DNA of 64,000 nucleotides from an uncultured Desulfobacter sp. (GTDB taxonomy: Bacteria; Desulfobacterota; Desulfobacteria; Desulfobacterales; Desulfobacteraceae): positions 2,848,001 to 2,912,000 of the forward strand of contig OY762069.1 of NCBI GenBank assembly GCA_963665095.1, written 5' to 3'. Below are positions 59,282-64,000 of this stretch, one piece after another. How positions within the stretch are numbered: position 1 is the first letter of the stretch; every line of letters begins with the position of its first letter. The position numbers were made by a program, and so were the translations under genes. The notes under the pieces are model-generated. The model made no database searches. It was given only the letters and a program-made list of their open reading frames with translations, and had not been told where the DNA came from.

Positions 59282-60406
59282 CTAAAGCGTTTTTTCTATG
59301 GCCTGAAATTTTTTCATGAATTTTACGTCAATATAATTTTTGATCCAGAACGCCGGTTTCCCGCTGAACACGATCCCTCTTTTTTTCAACACACCCTGGT
59401 TTCCGCCAAGGTTGAAAATTAAGAGGTATTCCGGACCCGGATCAAACACCAACAAAGGACTTCCTTCAAGCTGGGCAAACAGGTTGTTCAGCAGCACCGG
59501 ATTTTGCCGGACCGCATAGACGCCTACCTTGTCTAAGGGTTGATCCTCAAAACAGATACAGTCCCCGCCCCCGAAGATATCCGGATATTCCACGCTCTGC
59601 AGAAATTTGTTCACCAGAAGCCCCTTGTCCGGGCCAACAGGCAGGCCGGATGCTTCAAAGATTTTTGACGGCTTCACGCCGGAGGCAAGAAAGGTAAAAT
59701 CTGTGGCAAGGGTTTCGCCTGAATCCATGAAAATGGATTCAGCCTTTATTTGTTTTACATACCCGGTTTCAAGAATCCGGATCCCCCTTTTTTTAAGGAC
59801 ACGGACCACACGGCCCCGAACGCTTTCAGGAAACCTGCCCATAAATCGTTTGCCTGCAAGGATCTTTATTTCCGGCATGTTTTGATTCGCCTGTTTTGCC
59901 AACTGCCAGACGTTTCCTGCCACTTCTGCCGAGGAAGGGCCGCCGCCGACGATGGTTACCACGGCCTTTTTCCTTTCAACAAGAATTTTAAGCTTTTCTG
60001 CCGCTTCCATCAGCTTTTCAATGGGCTTGACCGGATAGATATTTTCCGCATTTTCAGGCAGGTCCTCCATGGAAACATAGGATCCTGCATTGACGGAAAG
60101 CACATCATACTCCACGCTTCGGCCGCCGGCGGTATGAACCGTTTTTCCCGCAGGATCAATACGGGTCACATAATCCTTTACAAACACACCGCCCTGTTTG
60201 CTCACAACATCACGGGTGGCGAAACGAATGTCCGAAGGGGTGTATGTCCCGCCCAGCATACCCGGTCCCATGCCGGAATAGTAATGGTGGAAGGACGGAC
60301 CGATCACGGACACCTCATATCCCTTTTCAACAAACCGGGAAATATTCTCAAGCGCGGTCATGTGGGCATGGCCGCCGCCGACCAGAACCAGCTTTTTTTT
60401 CATCAT
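59282..60406 (-). CDS. FAD/NAD(P)-dependent oxidoreductase resembling the N-terminal domain of SelD fusions
   Basis: LVLVGGGHAH, YYSGMGPG, PVKPIE, VGGGPS, FGGGDC, KVGVYAVRQ, WIKNYIDVKFM. Confidence 0.82.
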   Translation of the reverse strand: MMKKKLVLVGGGHAHMTALENISRFVEKGYEVSVIGPSFHHYYSGMGPGMLGGTYTPSDIRFATRDVVSKQGGVFVKDYVTRIDPAGKTVHTAGGRSVEYDVLSVNAGSYVSMEDLPENAENIYPVKPIEKLMEAAEKLKILVERKKAVVTIVGGGPSSAEVAGNVWQLAKQANQNMPEIKILAGKRFMGRFPESVRGRVVRVLKKRGIRILETGYVKQIKAESIFMDSGETLATDFTFLASGVKPSKIFEASGLPVGPDKGLLVNKFLQSVEYPDIFGGGDCICFEDQPLDKVGVYAVRQNPVLLNNLFAQLEGSPLLVFDPGPEYLLIFNLGGNQGVLKKRGIVFSGKPAFWIKNYIDVKFMKKFQAIEKTL

Positions 60407-60413
60407 CCCTTCC

Positions 60414-61250
60414 TTATAGTGAATCCATCAGTTTGCCTAGGCTCTTTATGTGGGCTTTTTCTTCATTGGCGATTTTTTGAATCATCTGTTTTGACGCAGA
60501 ACTGTCGACCCTCATTTCAACACGCTGGTAAAGATCTAAGGCCTGGGCTTCAATGGACATGGCAAGGGAGATCACATCCGTTTCCTTTTCAAGATCCGGA
60601 CTGAACAGCTCAAGGTACTGTTCCGTGGAAAGACCGCCCTCCAGAGATTTTACCTCCACCATGGCCTGAAAATCTTTTTCGGAAGTCTTTTCCTTTTCTC
60701 CACCAATATCCAGATATGTCTGAAAAATGGCCCTTTGATGGCTCAACTCGATCTCAGCAAGTTTTGCAAACAGGTCTTTCACCCTGGGGTTGGTCGTCTG
60801 TGAGCCCAGGGTCAGATAAAAATCTCTCAAGCCCTGTTCAAGGGAGTAGGCGACCTTGAGAATTTCTGCCGGATCTTCTTTTCCGGAAAACAGATCCAAA
60901 CCTAACTCCTGGGGACCCACAGCGATCTGCGATTCCCACGCCTTGATGCCGCCGGCAACATTAATTACCTGTTTAAATCCCTTGCCCGCCAGCATCTGGG
61001 CCGCAACCCGGGATCGTCCGCCAATGGCACAGTACACCAGGGTGGGCTTTTCCGGTTCGAGTTCATCCAGCCGGTCTGAAAGCGTGGATAAAGGGATCAG
61101 GACCGCACCTGGAATATGGCTCTTTTCATATTCAGAGGGCTGACGGACATCAAGAATGGTGATCTCTTCGCCTGGATGTGTTGAGATAAACTCTTTTGCC
61201 TGCCCGGTATCCATTGATTTGGCGGGCGTAAAAAATTGGAGCCATTTCAT
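60414..61250 (-). CDS. Rhodanese + rubrerythrin/ferritin-like fusion
   Basis: LDVRQPSEYEKSHIPGA, YCAIGGRS; then E..ExxH motifs (IELSH, EEKAH). Confidence 0.85.
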   Translation of the reverse strand: MKWLQFFTPAKSMDTGQAKEFISTHPGEEITILDVRQPSEYEKSHIPGAVLIPLSTLSDRLDELEPEKPTLVYCAIGGRSRVAAQMLAGKGFKQVINVAGGIKAWESQIAVGPQELGLDLFSGKEDPAEILKVAYSLEQGLRDFYLTLGSQTTNPRVKDLFAKLAEIELSHQRAIFQTYLDIGGEKEKTSEKDFQAMVEVKSLEGGLSTEQYLELFSPDLEKETDVISLAMSIEAQALDLYQRVEMRVDSSASKQMIQKIANEEKAHIKSLGKLMDSL

Positions 61251-61396
61251 GCGGGACCTCCTTTAATGCTACTTGTTGAATCGGATGGTAAAGCTATCGG
61301 TAGATAGTTATCTTAAAATAATTTTTTTGGCAATGATTCGCAAGCGCAGATCACCTGCCAGGGTTTATATATCTATACTGAGCATGAACCTGGCAG

Positions 61397-63256
61397 TCAG
61401 AGTGTGGGCGGGCGATAGTTTCTTTCCCTGAAGACAGCCCCGGGCAGGGCTTTTTTGATTTTTCGCTTCAGAACCAGCCGGTGAAAATAGGTCATGGGTG
61501 GCCTTGCCGGCCGCAGGCGTCGGGAGGCGGTCTCTTCCGGAAAGAAGAGAAGATCCAGGATGTGAAAGGTTGGCGAGATCCTGTTTAAAAACCCGGCGCA
61601 GCCGGCGCAATAGGTAACAATGGGGTTGGAACCTGCGCTTTTTTTTCGCTTCCCGGTCCAGGTCGCGGCAAGCTCCGCGTCAATGAACCCCACAGAACCG
61701 CCTTCCCCGCAGCAAAGGGTTTTATTTCTTTCAAAGGACATTTTTTTCACAGGCAGGTCCATTCCGGACAGAAGCGAGCGAACCGCTGTATGCACCAAGG
61801 CTTCATCACGCATGGGGCAGGGGTCATGGACCACCAGCGGGGCCTTTTCAAAAGGACGGGAGCCGTCAGGAAATTTGCAGGGCAGGCCTGTGCGGTCTAT
61901 CACCTCGTACACACTTTCCACGGTCATTCCCTTTGCATAAGCACTAAACACTTTATGGCAGTTGGGGCAGGCAAGCCAGACACGTTTGATCCCGTGGGCC
62001 TGCAGATAGTCCAGCATCTCTTTGAACATGGCCTGAAAATAGGTGTCACGTCCCAAATCATGGCTCGGTTTGGTACAGCAGTCCAGAACCATCCCTAAAT
62101 TCGGTTCCGCCCCCTTCAGGGTTTCAAACAGGGCCCAGGTGGTTTTGGGCCGGGTCCCGGGAAGGGTGCAGCCGGGGAAGAAGACGGTATCACAGCCTTT
62201 GGGGAAGGCGTAACATGAAAAAAACGCCGAGGTGCCTTTTTTTTCGTATCCCAGGATAGTGGAATACTTTGACAGGTCTGCCTGGTTTTGGGTGACGGCC
62301 TCCCTTCGTAAATCCAGAAACGCCTCTCCCGGATCCAGGTTTTCAGGACAGACCGCCCGACACAACCCGCAAAGGCTGCATTCAAAGGCAAGGGTCTTCT
62401 GTTTTGCCGGATTCAGGGCCGTGAAAATCTCTTTGGGCGTGCCGTAGCGGGTTAAAAACGCGCACTGGACCTGGCAGGCACCGCATTCAGTGCATTTTTC
62501 AAGAATATCGGCCGTAACAGGGGAGATCGGTTCGGGCCGGTCTGACAGTGCCGCACTCTTTGGGGTTTCAGGATGCCCGGAAAATTCTTTTTTTTTCCTT
62601 ACAAAGGAGACCAGACGCCTTGCCCCAATGGGCAGAATTCCCAAAAAAGCAAGGGAGATCATCAGTTTTCCTGAAAGAATACCGGAAAGGGAGTCGATTT
62701 TTGAAATCTGGCTGCCGGCATTCACAATGACGGCCGTGGCCGGAAGCATGCCTAACTGGGAGACCCAGTAAAAGGTGGTCAGCCGGATGGCAGTGACCCC
62801 CATGACCATATTCACGGCAAAAAAAGGAATCAGCGGAATGAGACGAAGGGCAAACAGATAAAACGCCCCTTCCCGGGCAATGCCCTGGTTCACCCGCTCA
62901 AGCTTGTCTTTAAATTTTTTCTCCACCCAGCCGGCAAGAAGATAACGGGAAATAATACAGGCCAGCAGTGCGCCTATGGAACTTGCAAAGGAGACCACCA
63001 CCGTGCCGGTAACGGTGCCGAAAAAAGCACCACCGGCAAGACCAAGAACCAGTGCCCAGGGTAGATTAAGGGCTACGGAAGGAATGTAAATGCCTGCAAA
63101 AACAGCAATGGCCAGGGCAGGATTTTCAGCATAAAAGGCCTGAATCCTGCCCTGGGACTGTTTGATTGCGTCCAGGCTGAAATATCCGGTCAGTCCAAAC
63201 TTGAAACAGGCCGCAACCAGGCCTGCAATCAGAATAATGAGGAGAACCTTTTTCAA
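61397..63256 (-). CDS. TVP38/TMEM64 (DedA/VTT) membrane domain fused to 4Fe-4S dicluster + CCG domains
   Basis: FYLFALRLIPLIPF..SQLGMLP; CTECGACQVQC, CSLCGLCRAVCP; FFPGC, DCC, ACPNC, HDPC, CCGEGG, TYCAGC. Confidence 0.87.
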   Translation of the reverse strand: MKKVLLIILIAGLVAACFKFGLTGYFSLDAIKQSQGRIQAFYAENPALAIAVFAGIYIPSVALNLPWALVLGLAGGAFFGTVTGTVVVSFASSIGALLACIISRYLLAGWVEKKFKDKLERVNQGIAREGAFYLFALRLIPLIPFFAVNMVMGVTAIRLTTFYWVSQLGMLPATAVIVNAGSQISKIDSLSGILSGKLMISLAFLGILPIGARRLVSFVRKKKEFSGHPETPKSAALSDRPEPISPVTADILEKCTECGACQVQCAFLTRYGTPKEIFTALNPAKQKTLAFECSLCGLCRAVCPENLDPGEAFLDLRREAVTQNQADLSKYSTILGYEKKGTSAFFSCYAFPKGCDTVFFPGCTLPGTRPKTTWALFETLKGAEPNLGMVLDCCTKPSHDLGRDTYFQAMFKEMLDYLQAHGIKRVWLACPNCHKVFSAYAKGMTVESVYEVIDRTGLPCKFPDGSRPFEKAPLVVHDPCPMRDEALVHTAVRSLLSGMDLPVKKMSFERNKTLCCGEGGSVGFIDAELAATWTGKRKKSAGSNPIVTYCAGCAGFLNRISPTFHILDLLFFPEETASRRLRPARPPMTYFHRLVLKRKIKKALPGAVFRERNYRPPTL

Positions 63257-63267
63257 ATGAGATCAGA

Positions 63268-63681
63268 CTAATCCGTTTTTACCATTTCTTTATGGGGCCA
63301 CCCCAACTGACCCTTTTCCAGAATCAAAAGACGGTCTTCGGCAATGCCCTGGTCTTTGAGGTAATCATAGCACCGTTTGGCCCCGCCTTTGCCTCTTGGG
63401 CAGACAACGACCACCGGGTCCTGGTTCTTTTTACTTATAGCCACGGCATCATTAAGTTTAGCCTTTTCACTGTCTGATTTTACCGGGTAGGAATAGGTGG
63501 CAATGGCGCCGGGCAGATGGTGGGCCTTAAACTCTTCGGGCACCTGGATATCTACAATATTCACGGGAGCCCCGGTTTCGATCCAGGTCTTGACTTTGTC
63601 TGCCGACACATAGTTATACCCGTCTGCATAGGCCGGGACAGCCAGCAGCACCATTACCAGAACCAGAAAGATTTTTTTCAT
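63268..63681 (-). CDS. Exported rhodanese-like domain protein
   Basis: Signal peptide MKKIFLVLVMVLLAVPAYA; IVDIQ...HHLPGA, VVVCPRGKGGA. Confidence 0.82.
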   Translation of the reverse strand: MKKIFLVLVMVLLAVPAYADGYNYVSADKVKTWIETGAPVNIVDIQVPEEFKAHHLPGAIATYSYPVKSDSEKAKLNDAVAISKKNQDPVVVVCPRGKGGAKRCYDYLKDQGIAEDRLLILEKGQLGWPHKEMVKTD

Positions 63682-64000
63682 TTGCTTTTCCTTTTGACAT
63701 GTTAAAAAAATAGTTGGCACATTGATTAAGCTAAACTAAATAGCGAATCAGAAATGGAATAGCAAATTCTATTATTCTAACCTTGCCGGTAATTTTTATT
63801 GAAATCTCCGATTCATCTGACGGGCCCCAAACACGAGTTATTCTCAGGTGCCAGCCGGACAGCGTTTCTTTCATGGATAGAGCAGGCCCGGTGTTGCGTC
63901 TCCGATCGATTCTGCTGCCTTGACAAACGCCTGTCTGCTGTCCTAATAGATGAAGAAATTTTAAATTACTATTCAGAATAGGCAGGTTATGACGTTATAC

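Noticed and set aside
50277..63681. Selenocysteine (UGA) read-through in the metalloid cluster
   Set aside because: The ORFs are complete with Cys at the motif positions, and I saw no in-frame UGA splitting a domain; SECIS elements were not computed.

Overview
This 64 kb bacterial window has the gene content and style of an anaerobic sulfate reducer of the Desulfobacteraceae type (inferred, not proven). I found no rRNA, tRNA or CRISPR array. From left to right: (1) a sigma54-controlled acyl-CoA synthetase plus carboxyltransferase unit; (2) a rearranged signalling patch containing an IS1380-like scar, a truncated amidohydrolase, a DisA_N/diadenylate-cyclase-domain gene whose 3' end recurs about 7 kb downstream, a decayed LarA-like gene, and a SiaA-like sensor phosphatase, hemerythrin and kinase with a SiaD-like N-terminus; (3) trmO, a flavin reductase and a MarR-regulated heterodimeric ABC exporter; (4) a 13 kb PadR-headed catabolic operon around an unassigned glycyl radical enzyme, with two SDRs, a two-subunit CoA transferase, MmgE/PrpD, acyl-CoA and aldehyde dehydrogenases, an SCP2-like protein and a Na+ symporter, but no activase gene, and three copies of a palindromic REP/MITE-like element; (5) envelope lipoproteins, a diguanylate cyclase, an MFS pump, a cold-shock gene and a secreted caspase-like cassette; (6) a metalloid (As/Se) cluster centred on a radical SAM + ArsM-type methyltransferase + Cys-rich fusion with two arsenosugar-associated glycosyltransferase-like genes, facing a convergent rhodanese/DedA-CCG/flavoprotein arm. 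The glycyl radical operon and the radical SAM-ArsM cluster are the best candidates for undescribed biochemistry. All family assignments come from motif recognition by eye; no database search was run.
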